Of a DNA stretch of 64,000 nucleotides, positions 40,311 to 55,645 are shown piece by piece. A program made the position numbers and the translations under genes. The notes below the pieces were generated by a model, which saw only the letters and a program-made list of their open reading frames with translations, did no database searches and was not told the DNA's origin. The stretch comes from Vicugna vicugna. Its lineage: Eukaryota. The DNA lies in contig MU058257.1 in NCBI GenBank assembly GCA_013265495.1, forward strand, positions 1,567,262 to 1,631,261, read 5' to 3'. How positions within the stretch are numbered: position 1 is the first letter of the stretch; the number at the start of each line of letters is the position of its first letter.

Positions 40311-43300
40311 ATGAAAACACCAGGACCTCAGAGACAGTGCAGTTTGGAGACGGGATAGCTGGAAACCATTTCTACCCCCATGTTATGAAAAACCCTGACT
40401 GGAAGGCAACTCCCAAAGGCAGCCAGCCCCTGATGGCACCTGGGGCACATGCAGATAGAACCCGGGCTACGCCAGCAACCAGAAAACAAGCACCTGGTGC
40501 CCCCGTCCCCAGTGCGGGCTTTTCTCTTTAACAACAAGACATGACTTCATGACCCAAAGTGGGTGGGTTTATAAGCTAAAGGATCAAAAATTAAAAATAG
40601 AAACCAACTTAAAAAGATGAAATGAGGCCAAAATATTTTTAAGTGTCTAAAGACGACCTGAATTTCTGCTCAATATAATTTAATCAGCGCTGGCTCCTGG
40701 TCTCCTCCCCCAAGTCAAGATACACAGGTGTACCATCTTCACCCCCTCTGTACGATGTGAAACTCTGAGGCCACCCAATGAGGATTCTGACACGGCTCTG
40801 AATTCATATTCCTAGAATGGTTTGTGAATGTTAAAAATACCACACCGGGCTGAAACATTTTCTCAATAGCACCTTAGGATTTTACAACTTTGAACACAAA
40901 TTATAATATTTAAAGCATGTGAAGGCAGATTACATTCCTAAATGTGGCACAGAAATGGATGAGACTAGGTTATTAACAGCTCAGACCAGACGAGCTTGGC
41001 ACGCAAGGCTGGCCTATTGCAGAAATGAGTATAACCTTCACTTACTGAGAGCACAAAAATGCAGCGCATTCAAATTAAGATCTTTTAATATGTAAAGTAG
41101 AAGGGAGAGATTTACAGTTTTAGAGGCCTCTAACAGGAAGCACAAATGCTGTAGCAGGACAGTCTAGGATCTAGGTCTCGGCTGGATTTCCCTCAAAGCT
41201 AATGCCCCAGAAAATTAAACACAGCCATGGGGCTCGCACAGAGGAAGCATGGTTTTGAAGAGCTTCCTCGCCCACCCTCTGAGGTTTTAGATGGTGACTG
41301 TAACTAGCTGGCAGCTGGGGTTGGCCCATAAATAACCAAAATATAGACAACCTCCTTTTTTTAAATAGGCAACGAGTCAAGGGGCTAACTCAAAAATAAA
41401 ACAGTAGTCTCAGATTTACCAAGACGGCCGGCCTTCTACATCAGGAAGAACAAGTAAGCAGAGACGAAGAAGCCCAAGGTGTGAGAAGGGAACAAGGAAG
41501 CAGACGAGCAGGTAGGTTTAGAATCTCTCTTTCCGTGAATTAACGAATGGCTGGCGGGCCGGCAAGCACGCGGCCTGGGAGCCGGCGTCGCGGCCACGGC
41601 GCGGTCCACGGGTCACCTGCGAAATCTCCTCGCGCTCACGGCTGCCACGACGGGAGGCAGGTGTTCTCTGGAGGCTCCTTGTGTCTGACTGGCATTGGGG
41701 CCGCAATCCTGGGAAGCTGGTGTCTTGATCCTCTGTGTTTAAGTGCACTCTGAACTGAGATGTGGGGGCTGGGGGGCTATGCAGAGGAACAACAAACATG
41801 AACGTTGTCTTATCATGGCTTCTATCTAGAAATAACATCTCCTGTTCTAGTTCTGCACTGGTAAGACAGGATCCAGTATCTCAATGGGCTGCTGTAATAC
41901 TTCTTTAAAAAAAAAAACTCAAAAAAAAAAAAGAATTTAAATAGCTTTTCATTTAAAAATGATAAATTTGAGCTAACTGTGAAAAGAAGTGAAATATCAC
42001 AAAACCAAATATGCTAAATGTTCCAGATTCTACTCCGCTAAGATAGAAAAACTAACCTCAAAAGGAGACATCTCAGAATAACAATTATACTCAAACTGCC
42101 TATCAGGAGAGGGCAAACAGCCAAGACACTCCCTTTTCCACTGGACTCAAGTTCTTAATAGAAAAAAAAAAGAAAAAAAGACTGCCCCAGAGTCAACAGA
42201 GGGGCTCTAAATAAAAACACACAAATGTCCTGAAATGGGAAATTAACTTACTGGTGTGTGTTTCATTTTCTAAAAGCCCACAGTTAACTCTGAAGTACAG
42301 CCAAACGGAACCATTAAACGGTTCAGTAAGACAGTAGCTGCTGGAGCTAAGAAACCTGCCGCTGCTCCTTCGTGTTCTCATCCTGCCCTGCACCTCCAGC
42401 CACCCGCCCAGGACTTCTCACAGTCCTTTATACATCATGAGTACTTCTCACTTTTCTGTTCATGAATTTATGGGAAACAATTATCAACAGTGCTAAAAAA
42501 TGTTTACTTCCTTGGTCAAGGAAGTCTACTGAAGGAATCTAAAACTATCAGAGATGTCAACACGAGTTGATATATAAGGATATTCTCTGAAGGGCACTTC
42601 TAAAGGTTACTTATAAGAGAAAAAAAAAGGCAAAAGTATAAATGTGTCAAGCAATAAGAAAAATCACCAAATCAAGTGAATAAACAGCAACTCCAGAAAT
42701 CGTTACATAATAGAACACTGTGCGAGCTATCAATATTTATGAGACAGAAAAATGCTCCCCGTACAACACAAATTAGGGCAAAAGGCAGGAAATTAAACCG
42801 TGCGCATTGGGTGACTCCCCATCGGTACCAGGGACAGCCACCATCTGTGCAGAGCCCCACTCCGCTCCTCAGAAGCCCTCAAGTTAATCCCCCCCAATGT
42901 CAACACTCCTCATCGTCAAGACCTCGAATTACTGACCTGCTTCTGTATACATTTCATTACTTCATATGTGCAAAGAGTAAGTAGTATTATTATCAGGAAA
43001 AAAAATGTTTGGGGACTCTTAAAATACACCACATGAAAGGCTTGTAAAAGTCATTTTCTAAAGTTAGAAGGAAGATCTCACAACTCTTCAGATGTAACAA
43101 AAGGAGAGATGATAAGGATAATTAAGACAGCATCTCTTCTGAGAGTGCACGTAGCAGGGGTGCTGGAAAGATATCAAATGCTCCAAACAACTAAATCAAA
43201 AAGAAATAATAAACCCTGGTGGTCAGAAACACGCCACGGTCTGCCTTTAAGAAATGGAAAAGAACTTTTTTAAACCCAATGATGCCAAGTAAGTTCTTAC

Positions 43301-44509
43301 CACTTTCCTCCCCTCCCCTGATGGTTTTTATGCTAAATCTGTGTCCGTTAGGGGCGGGGGTATAAATAACCTAGAAAAGCAGCACCTCATTATTTATGGG
43401 AAAGAAACACAGCTCATAACCACCGTACCACGAAGCAGTCATCAGCCTCATCCCTGAAGCGTCCCGGCAGGCTGCCCTGGTAGGTGCGTCTTTACACTGG
43501 AATGAATCGTGGGTGGCTTCTCATTCGCAAGGACACGGACCTAACAAGGACGGCCGAAGAGGTGGCTCTCACGCTCTCACACTGATTGAAATACCCTTTC
43601 CCAAGATGAAATGTTAATACGCACGCACAGAGACCCAAATGAAGACACATCCACACAAAGTGTGAGCAAAACGGTCCCTGGAAGAGCTGGAAAGGGCAGT
43701 CGGCCCCACGAGGCCAGGAGACGGCACCGAGACAGTGCTCTGCGGGGCCCTGAAGACCACCAAGACCCTCTTCCCCTTCCGTCTCAGCCGGGTGAAACCA
43801 CGACAAAACTTAAGAAAGCCAGAAACCACAGCCCCCTTGGCCTCTCCAAGCCCTCACCTGGCGAAGCAGCATCAAATCTGCACACTCGGCCCTCGGAACT
43901 CAACAGCGGGATGGGCGACCATGGCCTTGGTGCCCGGGAAGACTCCCCCTCACCTGCGGTTCTGAGCCACAAGGGCCAGCTCCACACGGCAGTGTTCTCA
44001 CCCACCAGAAAGGAACCGCCGGTTCAGGAATGAGAGATTCTGACTGACTGACGACGTTGCTCTAAACCTGCTCTGCTTGTTTAGCTAGGAAGCACAGGTG
44101 CCACTTAAGTAAGCAGGTGAGTTATTCAAGAAGGCACAGTATTTTAACCATTGGAGATCAGTGAATCACAAGACTCTGAGCCCTTACGTAATTTATCTCC
44201 TTGTTTTTATATAGAAAACCTAGACTTCTAGACACTGATAAGAATTTATAACATCTTGAAACTGCCCAGCATAGGTAAGCTCTTGTAGCCTCAAGAGAAA
44301 TACGTAAATTTAATACAAGCATCCTTTCTGAATGTTGAAAACATGGGAAGTTGTTTTATAACTAAACTAAGATAGCATCTATTACACATATACATATTAA
44401 AGAGGAAAAAAAAAACCACTCAGACCAAAATAGAAACAGTTTAAAAATCTAGACAGGAAACTCAGTAAAGAGGTGTTTGAAAAATAAAGCCAAAGGTAAT
44501 TCAAAAGGC

Positions 44510-44900
44510 AATTCATTGCCCATTACCCTGTATGTGTGTTGCATGTGAATAGTTTCATCCAGAGATGTGCATGTGAGTCAAGGCCGTTGCCACGGGGGCA
44601 TGTATGCATTTGGCTGCATTAAATACCACTCCCTACGGGGAAAAGGCGTGCTGAGTAAGGGACCATTTTTAAAACACATAAAGTTCGACTTATGGCACTG
44701 ATGTCTATAATGTGAAAAAAATGGTAATACTATAAATGTCCAACAATTAGAGAATAATAAAGTGACTCCACTGTGGAATATTTTGCATTCTCAGAAATAT
44801 TTTCCAATAAAATTCACACCAGGGGAAATCCCTATGAGATGAAAAAATTGTAGAAATAATCAGGATGCAAATACGTAGACATTGTATGACCTCGACGTGT
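44510..44900. mobile_element. Ancient L1ME-like fragments
   Basis: aaatggtaatactataaatgtccaacaattagagaa...ctgtggaatattttgca, degraded L1 3' motifs. Confidence 0.4.
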
Positions 44901-46712
44901 GTTTGTGTGTGCACGTGTGTGTGTGAACACTGGCTGTTGCCAAGTCGGGAATCATGGATAATGTGACTTGTCCTGTTCTCCCAGTTGCCCGTTTACTTCC
45001 TCACAACAATAGATACATGTTATTTACAAAGAGCTGGGAGAGGTGGCTGCCATCAGCTGGCCACAAGCACCCCGTCCTCTCCAGGCAGCCTCCTGGGCTG
45101 CAGAGGCAGGAAAGCCCAAGTCCACTCCCCAGACTCGCCTGCAGATAAGGATCTGGACAAACTGCGTTCTGCCCACTTGGATTCAACAGCCTGAGATTGT
45201 AACGATAATTGTGAAATAAGAAACTTTCTTGGGCTGTTGTTCATGGCAAGTCGTGGAGGTGTTGGCATTTTCTGGGGCATCTCTGGGTTCAGGGTCCAGC
45301 CTCACAGGTGACAGGTGGCAACGTGGAGACAGGGCCAAGGTCTGGCAGGCAGGCGCAGGGAGACCAGGTCTCACACCGCTGCCCCCTCCCCAGGCCCGCC
45401 GGCCAGAGCACTCTGTCCAGAACACCCAAGGGCCTACCTGCAGCCTACTCTTCAAGCCCTTCCAAGATTTTCTGAAAAGCAAATTCTCGGTATTGAGTCC
45501 TTTTATGTTCAAAACAGCTGCTGTGGTTGTTTGCCACAGCTGAGCTGGCTCACACCCCAAGGTACTGCATGAGTGAGGAAAAAACCCCGACCACAGCGTG
45601 ACTTCTGACCCACTCTCTTCCTAACTGAACACCTTTTAAAAGGTAATAAATTTTTTAAACTACCAACTTGACTTGTTCATGTACTTGTGAATATGCATGT
45701 AAATGAGGTCTGTTCTGACACAGGGCAAAGGTCATGAGGCCAATACAGAGCAGATCCTGCTCCTCTGCAAAGTCGACCGCATCGTGAAGCGCTCCGAAGT
45801 ATCAGGCTCGTCTCAGTGAGAGACGCTCACCACACACACAACAAAACCCACCAGAAGAGAGAGCCCAACAGTGAGACCCCCTCTTCCAGGAAACCAGAGC
45901 CTGCAGCCCACTGCTCTGCCCTGGTAGATTCTGCTCCACTGCAACTTTTTTCTTTCCTTTACTTGAACTAGTACAAAGAAGAGTTTGCTGAAATGGGAAA
46001 CCAAGTTAAAAGAAATATTTAAGACATGTATTTTTGCACAGATACAAATGGTAAATCAAGCCAATATCAAGCTACGTTCAACATTAGCCTGTGATCAATG
46101 TATTTCTGCATTTCTCAATATATTCGGCGCTCAATTAGTGGCCGCACTGAAAACTGCCTATCAGCTCGCTCAGCAGATGTCTGCTAAAGCTGCCGTACAG
46201 GGTGGGCTCAGGCAGGCACGCTTAGGCTCACGGGGGAAGGCGGGAGGCACGACAGACGGGATGATAAGGGGTCTGCAGGCACATATGACAAAGACCATTA
46301 ACACAAACTGGAAAAAAACAGACCAAACAGACTAGGGTTTATTTACTTAGACTAAATAAATTAGGTCACGGACTAAATTAAATTAGGTCAAAGAAGAAAA
46401 TATTATTAGGACTGGACAGTACACTTCCATTTGGTAGGAAGATAAAATTACCAGTTGAGCAGTCAGAGCAAATGGCTACGGCACCCACGTTCCCCTCCCC
46501 AGTCCACGTGCTGAGACCCTTCACATGAGGGAGCCAACAGGAGTACGTGCCACACACGTGTGAAGTATCCCCGGGGACGCACACACGCTAACGAGAGGCC
46601 GCCGGGAAGACATGTGGGGTCACAGGACTCATTGGAGAAAAGGGACCGTATGTACCTATTTCATGTTGAAAGTGTTCATAGGAACACATTCTCTGTTCCA
46701 AAAATGGATTCA

Positions 46713-47126
<414 letters not shown>

Positions 47127-47239
47127 TTAAAGAATAGAGTAACACTCTATAGTGTTATTTAGGTCAGCATCCTAAACAGATGTTCCCTGAGCTCCTTTAA
47201 AACACTTCGCTGCAAACAAACTCAGTGTCTGTAGGGTGA

Positions 47240-47430
47240 CCAGCCCCGGGCGAGACAGGCAGGCTCGCGTCTGCCCTTCACACTTGTTACCTGGCGGCTT
47301 CATGAAGTGGCCTCACTGTCCCCTGCCCGTGGTCCCTCCCGCACAACAGCAATAAATCAGTGTTTCTCTGCTAAGGGTACCGCGTGCGCTAAATGAGCCT
47401 GACACGGGGCACGCCCTCAGCACAGAGCAA
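47240..47430 (+). mobile_element. Degraded MIR
   Basis: cacttgttacctgg...aagtggcctcactgtccc...gtgcgctaaatgag...ctcagcacag. Confidence 0.45.
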
Positions 47431-49769
47431 AAGCCATCACCACGGCTGCCATCCCCCCAGTGTGTGTTTGGCTGTCTATGAAAGAATTCTGCTGAACAAA
47501 ATACTTCTTTTGTACAACAAAGTACTATCAGAGAGCACAGAGCACAAGCACGTTGTGTGTCCTGAAGATGACGGAAATCTTAAAGGTAGGACACTGACGC
47601 ACAGGTGGTACCTGCCACCTACTCACCCGCATAATTACTCAGAAGACAAGTGTTTCAGCAACTGGATTCGTACAAAAGTGGAGAGTGTTTGTTTTTGTTT
47701 GTTGTGCAATTACACCAGCAAAATCAGTAACAGACCCAGGCTAACCTTGGTATGGGAGCGCTGAGAACATCCCTGTAGATCTGATCACTGTGACAATGGA
47801 AAAGAAACAGACCCACAAAACCAGAGAGAAGAACGAAGGTGTGTGAGCCTGGAACATTGAGAATCAGAACCAAAAGCCCACTTGTCAACTGAGAGAGAAG
47901 CACAATAAATGTAAGACCAAAAAATTTGGATTACATTGTGCTCAGCGTCATCTGCTTTCAAAAACTAGGATGCAAGTTAAATATTTATAAAAAGCCTCCA
48001 ACAAAATAGCGTTAGAGGGAATGAGCAGACTTGTCATTCAGTCTCTGGGAGATGTTTTTGGAATATTGATGCACCTGGTCAATAGTGTGGATACGTACAT
48101 CCTTGAGGATGCGAAGCTAAAGACAGACTATTTATATACATTGAAATCTGTGTTTAAGCCACTGTCAATCCAATGGTCTCAAATATGTTAAAGCAAATTA
48201 GGAGCGGCCAGAGGAAAACAGAAGCGTACAAATCGTAACAACGCTGCCTTAGATATGTGCCTCTCCATCACGAGGATGTGGTGACCACGCAGGAGCCTGG
48301 GGACCGTCACCGGGGAAAACACGGTGAACGTTTCATCTAATATTGTTGCTCGTTATCTTAATTTATTGAAACACACACATGAAAATTATAGAGAATAACT
48401 TCCAATTTTTAAGTGTGTGTAAAAACTTGGGACAGCCCTCACTGCTTAGAATTTTGCACCAAAAAATAAAAATAAAACAAAGAATGATACAGTCACTCTC
48501 AATACAAGTTCACAGAAATATCCATCGAAGGCTCCATGTGTGTTGATAGCACAATGCTCTTACTAAAGAAAAGTTCTCTCCCAACTAACAAAATTGTTTC
48601 CAGGTTCAAAACTCAAAAATATAAGCAGAGAAACAGCAAGTGGGGATGAGGGAGAAGACAACACTTCCAGGAAATCTCAGCGCTGCTCCTTAGGTCTGGG
48701 TTCTGCCGCTTCCCAGTTACAGGGGCGCCGATCACCTGGTTTTTAAGGAACTCTCTATACTTCCATTTCTCTGTGTGTGTCTGTGTTTAAACCTAAAAGA
48801 AGCCCCATTTGTTCACAAAAAGTCTTTAAAAATGGTACAGAGGTAATGACTAAAAGCAGTGCCCACAAAAATAAAACGGCCACATGAAAGTACACTTCAG
48901 CCCCCAAATAACTCAGGGGCCTAAGTGTCACTGGATTCGCGTGGACACAATACAAACAGTTTACTCTGCTTGTTTTTGAAAACCTCCCCCAGAGAAATCC
49001 ACTGCAGACAGGACTGAGATTAGGTAAACAAGTAGGACCATCGTCTTCGGGAGGGACGTGCACCGTCAATCTGCGCCTCTGAAACACGCACACGTAATTA
49101 GCACCTGACCTCTCGGTCTCGTAACTCGCACAATCAGAGAGGCAGGGAGCAGGAAGATTCAAGAGCAGGGGGTTGAAGCAGGACGGCGGGCCCTCGGGCT
49201 GTGCCCCTGGGGAGGTGCTGCCCCCGCCCCCAGGAACCACACAGGGAGGCGGGCCCAGGAGACACGCATGAGGTCCTCACATCCCAGGTCCCGTTTCCAC
49301 GTGCGTGAGCGTAATGAAAGACACTAGCACAGTCTGGACCTTTCCTTCCCTCCCTCCTGGAACCCAGCACCCACGCAGTTTCTGGCCCCACCGTTGCAGC
49401 TGTAGCCACGGCCAACCTCAGGACCGTGTCTTTGATCTGATCACCAGACAAACGAGAAACCAACTCAAGTCAACACGTGAACAGTATGTTCCCACCACGT
49501 GAACGCCAGGAGACAGCATGACGACGCTGAAGCCGAGGTTTGCCTGCAGTGAGTGAGCCGAGAGAACCCCATCCTCAGGGTGCGCACAACTGGGCAGAGA
49601 CCCCAGCCCCAGCGTGCGGACCCACCCTCACGCCAGATTCAGACTCAGTGGCTCACAGTGATGGTGAAAATTCACATTTTTATTGGTTTATAATTTCTTC
49701 TTGGTTTCAAGGTTTCATGAAAATTGTAAGTCGTTTCCATCCAGTTTATATACATATAAGTTAAACAGC

Positions 49770-49945
49770 GTTAGAACCAACGACAACCTGAAGTGACACG
49801 AATCTTTCTCTGTTTCTAATGTTGGTCCCAGTGGAGGAGCAGGCAACTCTTCCCAGATGAGCAAGCAGAGGATCAGAGAGGTGACATGGAGCACATGGAC
49901 GGTCTCCTGGCCAGACCTTCAGGCTCCCCGGTCAGTGTCCAGTCA
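49770..49945 (-). mobile_element. Degraded MIR
   Basis: cagatgagcaagcagaggatcagagaggtgacatg, antisense MIR core. Confidence 0.5.
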
Positions 49946-50288
49946 TCACCCGAATCGGGAAGTTAGTTCTAGTGTTCAGCTGTCCACTGGGAAACAAATC
50001 CCATCTCTAGCTACTTGCAGATATAAATGTTCGTCTTAATTTTGTCAAAGGGAAGAATTTCGTTGTTTTCAAAGTAGAATGATACACTGAGAAGTCATAC
50101 ACTGATTCTCACTAATAGCACCACTAGATTTGGAGGAGTTAAAGAACTATTACATAGAGACTGAGATGTCAGGAGTCCCAGTTTCAGAAATGTTAAAATA
50201 AGAGAAGGAGAAAAACCCTCCTCTGGTTCAGGAGAGAAAGCGCAGCACAGAAGCCGATAAAGCACGCCCCGAGCAGACCAGCCTAGAC

Positions 50289-51575
50289 CAGCATTTCTCA
50301 GACTGCGACCTCAAGACCCTTTCACGCTTTAAAAGTTACTGAGGACCCCAAAGAGCGACTGTTTACGTGGGTTACTGCTAGGAATATTTACCATATTAGA
50401 AATGAAAATGAAAAAAAAGATCTATTTATTAATTCACTTTTATGTTAACAATAATAAATCCATCACATGTCAACACAAACAATTTTATGAAAATTCTGTT
50501 CTACAAAACAAAGCTTATACAGCAGGAGAGCAGTGCTGTTGTACATTCTGCTTAACAGATGACGTCTGCTCTCACTTCTGCTCTGCACTGCGACCAAGCA
50601 CACGAAGAGAAAAAGAACTCCACAAACATTTAGCAGGAAGAGGAAATAGAATTTTAATAATCTCTCCAGACAATTGTAAATCTCCTTCTTTGATACTTTG
50701 ATATCAAAGCTTGACAAATGAGATTTTCTCAAAAGTCAGAGGCAACAGGGAATGTAAACTTCTCATTCTTCGTTACCCTAAAATCTACTCGTCCGTCTTC
50801 CACTTTAAAATGGACCTTTTACCCATGAGAAATTCGGTAACACCAGTTATTTAGAATATATTAGTAACCGGGTTATGCCAGTCTTCTAAGCATCGATGTG
50901 TTTCTTCACCCTGGAAAATCACATCTGTGAGTATCACTTCCAACTCCATCAGAAGAGGCATTAAGGACTGGGAAGCTGACATGCTCACAGTGGGATACAA
51001 GTTTTCCAAAATTTAACTCTACTAGGAGGTTTGACTGTTATCCTTGGCACCAGACACTCTCAGTCGTTGGCCACTTAATCATTTCCTAGAAACCCTGCCA
51101 GACACCAAAGTCTGAAAAACCACAGTCTTCCCGTCCTTTCAAATAAAAATACTGTTCCATTAAAAATGGTTACCCAGGCTTATAACTCAAACCATCACAT
51201 GCAAAGTTGTTTTCAAGAAACTACTGACCTTCAATATGTCCGGGAACTTCATGCCAGCCCTCTGTTTTGTCACATAAAACATCAAACTGTGTCCTCAAGG
51301 GGCAGGACTCTCACATAAAAGTCATCATTTTTGCAGTTTCATTAAGAATAGTAGGTAAAATGGCCTTTTTTCTTTAAACTGTGGGTGTGCTGGGGGAAGA
51401 ACTCCTTTGGTGGTACTACCCTCTCACCCTGTGAGGGGCCTGCACCTGACCCACCAGAGCGCGTGCGCCACGGGTGCAGACGTCAACCCCGTGAAGGACA
51501 CGGGTAGTAATGCTACAAAAGAGGCTTTGCTTCACAGCCTCAGCGATTCCACAGACCACCCATCAAGGACCGCTG
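50289..51575 (-). mobile_element. Charlie1-family (hAT) DNA transposon remnant, ~1.29 kb
   Basis: Termini CAGCATTTCTCAGA... and ...GACCGCTG. gaggaccccaaagag...gtttacgtgggtta...tatttaccatattagaaat matches the recalled Charlie1 end. Left flank GCCTAGAC resembles the hAT target motif. Confidence 0.85.
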
Positions 51576-54500
51576 TCCTCCCCGGGCCTCAGTCCATCTG
51601 TAACCCCACGGGGTCAAAGGTCCTCTTAGCGCTAAAAACAGCGTGATTCTGCCTATGGTCACACACTCCTGTGCTGGTAATCAGCCACCAACCTCATCCA
51701 ACAGAACATGAAACAGTTTAAGAAGACGCACTAGAAAACTTGTGGCAGCGCGTGGCCACATCAACAGCCACTGCCAGGCGCCTCCAAGCAGGCGGAAGCA
51801 CCACCAGCAGCGAGGGAGGATGAACGTGGATGAGCACACACAGAGTAGCAGGGCACAAGCGCCACGCCGGTGAGAGGCCCATGGCCACGCGGGACCTGAG
51901 TTTACTACAAATGCCTGCCTCCCCAACAAGACGCATCGAGACACACAGCTGCCTGCTCAGCCGGCAAGTCCCCACCTCTCACTGTCATGCAAAGTGTAAC
52001 GTCACATCAAGAACGCAGTTTTTCCCTGGACTCAGAGAAATAAATATAAAGCACAGACAGAGCCTTCTCGCCTACAGTTTGCTCCAGGTTTCTGGGGCAC
52101 ATGGCCTATTCCAGCATCACTAATAATCCGGTGTAATTTGTGCTCTTCAGAGCCATTAGAAGTAATAGGAGCATCTCACTTAAGGTAATTTGGTGCTATT
52201 GTTACGATCCCTCACCGCCCGTTTTAGGAAGATCAGTGCATTTAAAACCATGATGATAAAGCTTTCTCTCCCTGTGATCTTCTGACTTATTTAATCTACA
52301 GCTTTCCAAAGTACATCCTCTGAAATATTAACAAGAAAATTCAAAGATGAGGGTCTTCAATAATGAAGCTGCCGGATGAAGACCGGGGCGATGTCACTGG
52401 GTCCCGGACGCAGGTGGGGGCTGTGTGATGCGTGTATTCCTTTGAAGAGGGGATAAAACAGCCATAAACCCTCATCACAAGATTTCAGATTCTCTGTGGC
52501 ACTGGTGCATTGTAAATATTGGCTTGCTTCTCTAGGTGCCTTTTAAGTAAGTGGGAAATGGAACACCTTACAATGAATTAGAGCAATGAATTAAAAGGGC
52601 AGATGTGTACATTTTTAAGTTACACATCTCCCTCCTGATCAGCTCTCCCAATGCTTCTCTTCTTCTTTAGAAATCTAGCAATTTCTAAATTATTAACCAC
52701 ACAAGGCAATGAACAAGCCTCTCCCAAGAAGACAGGCAGAAGCCATCAAGGTATTTAATCAAATCTAAAAATAATACGCAGTGACACATGGTCTATTAGA
52801 ATTTATGATGCAAACAGCATAATTACTCTTCACGCAAAATGAAGACCGTCTTCCCCATCTTCGGAGCAATTATGTCTTTCCTAAAGACACATCTCACAGT
52901 GAGAACCAAGTTATTAACACATGCCACAGAGAGAAAAACCTCGCATCAGGAACGCAAAGCCCACCTTCTAACAGAAGAGCCCCTGCATAAAGGCCTTTCC
53001 CCGTATTCCATTTACTGAGAAAACTTCCTTGGAAGAAACGTGGGGAAGGCAGGTCAGGAAATTAGCTTTAAAGACCAGTGGCTGTCTCAGAGAGAGGGAT
53101 ATAAAATGAGGCTATCACCCTGTTACTAACTACATACATATAAGCAATAAATGAAGAACACTGCGTTGGAAGGTGCCTCAGAGATAAACCGAAATATCAC
53201 ATTTACAGGTCAGTGCACTGAGGCCTGGACACAGGACGTAAGGGCTGGGTCAAAGGACACACTGCTCCTCGGGGACCCAGCTGTCCCAGGAGTGCTTGTG
53301 GACTGACTCCCCTCCTGTGCAGTCTGGATTTGACAACACTGCTGTCCAGAAGAACACGTGTCAAATCCACAATAGGCTTACCGTTCACCGGAGGTAACGT
53401 GTGATTTCTTGGGAAGGCTGGGTTGAAGACATTTCTATTATGTAAATGATCAGGGGCTTATAAAAATGTGCACTGGCTACTGAACCCTGACAAAAGTCCA
53501 GTGTCCCCAAAACCTTTGCTAAGACCAAGCTCAGGGACAGGGACAGGGTCAGAGCTGCCAGAGTCCTGAGCCCCTGCTGGGCCAGTGGGGCCCCCAGGCA
53601 GCCGGAGGAGCAGGGAGAGCCGTGCGTCCAGGGAGACCATCCCCCTTTCACCCACCACACCTTTGCCAAAGCACAGGTCAGATATCATGACTCAGAAGGG
53701 TTGGTCCGGTCGGGTCACAGGCATCAGACTAAGCCCTGGTATGTACCCCGTGACACAATGGCACCTCTGCTCGCTACGTTCCCCACCAGCAGGAACGCTG
53801 GGAACGCTATGAAGTGACCAGACAGCCCAGACCCCTCCAGACCGCCGTCCTTCCCTCCCCATTCCACCCTCTCTTGACCACCCGAAGGTCAGCCTGGAGC
53901 AGTGCCTTCTCTAAGGAGTCCCCGAGGTTCCGAAAGTGTAAGTCACACCACGCCAGAGTTAATGTCACCTATCAGAAGCGGTGCGCTCCAGTCTGTCCCC
54001 TTCATTAATCTCAAGAGATTCCATCCCGAGGTCCCAGCCCAGCAAATGTGTATTAAAATGTTGTGTATGAACAAGAGAGATGGACGACTGTGACCATCTG
54101 TCTGTCTCCATCCTTTTCACACCGACCGTCTCAAGTATCATAAGGGCACTCTTTTCAGCGAATAAGAAATAGTTACAGATACCAGACGGTCAGGGGACAG
54201 AAAAGGCTCTCCTGCTGGGAGAGGCTCATCGAATCGCTAATTGACACCCTGGTGATAAACTCTGGCCAAGAGCACCAGCCACGTGTTACTATTTTTTTAT
54301 TATTAATCTTACGCTCTTCGTGAAGTATTTACCGTCCTATGAGAATATCGGAGCAAATCTAAATGAATTCTTCGTACATAATTTTATATGTGTAACTGTA
54401 TCAAAACCCCGATCACTTTCACTTTTACCGATTTAGCTTAAAGATCACGTAGTTAAATTCTGAAATTATCAGCTTCACCTGACAAGTAATCTGTCTTTCA

Positions 54501-54954
54501 GAACTGATGCTGATTATCGACTGCCCTGGAGACAGTCTGCACGGCTCAGCACCCTTTCTCCTTTGACGTCTGCCTTCTGTCATTTTATTAGGGATTCAAG
54601 TTCCTCGGTAACTGTCAGGTTAACTTTTAATCAGCATTACTCTCCCGTCCTTTATTATTTTAACCTTTACTTCACAACACTGTACGCAAGTGTAATATCT
54701 TTCTTCTAACCAGGGACCAGCCAGTCACTCATTTCATGAGCCAGTTTCCTACCCCGTGAGGATGTCCCTCCGAAGGTCCCGCCTTTGCTGGGCCGTCTAA
54801 CGCTCTCACCTGCATGCTAACCTCACAGGCACCACGCCCCCAGGCTCGGCTCTGAGACTTCCGCAAGCCCCCACACTTAACCTGCTCACGTGCAGGCCTT
54901 CCACCTTGAACTTGAATCTCCACGGTACTAAAAGCTGCGTCAGCATATACCAGA

Positions 54955-55200
54955 GTCAGTCATTCAATACAAATGCCGACCGAGCGCCGACAATGTGCTG
55001 GGCGCTCCTCTAGCCGCAACCAGTAAGCTGCCCTTCAAGGATGTTCCATTGTGGTGACAAAGGGGACAACGGACAAACAAGGAGGTTCTGACCATGTCAC
55101 CAGGTGACCAGCACCTGCAGGGAGACGAGGCTGAAGAAGGCGTGGGCTGCGACGGCAGCTTCAGGGCGCTCACGCAGCTCACTGCCCGCCTTCCTGCCTG
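54955..55200 (-). mobile_element. L2 3' fragment
   Basis: cattcaatacaaatg...gagcgccgacaatgtgctgggcgct...ctgcccttcaagga. Confidence 0.55.
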
Positions 55201-55454
55201 GTGTGGTTCCGGATTCGAATTATCTCCTCACCACGCAGCCCAGTCAACGCGGCTGTCGGTACCGCTGGCGGGCACCGGCCGCCACGAGACCCGGCGGCTC
55301 TGAAACCGACGGCGTCTCTCTGTGTCACCTCCCAAGTGCAGAGCTCTCTCACAGCTAATCACCCGCCCTTCTCCTTAAGGGAAGAGTAATGTAAAAGGAT
55401 TTTCACCTGATCATTTACAACAAGCCAATTAAGCCGGCAAGCACCAACACTCGC

Positions 55455-55645
55455 CAAGCAGTCACTGAGAGCCACGCGTGCGGCAAGAACCTCGCTGCAT
55501 CGAGGCTACAGGACAGGTTACGTCACTGTTCCCACGTCATAGGCAGGGAACCGGTGCTACAGGGACAAGATACCCAGGGCTGTCAACCTAACAGAACGTG
55601 GGGCCCACAAAACCCAAGTCTCCAATGTCAGGCCGCAGAGAGCAC
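55455..55645 (-). mobile_element. Degraded MIR
   Basis: actgttcccacgtcataggcagggaaccggtgctacagg...aacccaagtctccaatgtca. Confidence 0.45.

Noticed and set aside
52250..52285. C/D snoRNA-like ATGATGA...CTGA
   Set aside because: Only 36 nt span, no terminal stem, and antisense to the host transcript.
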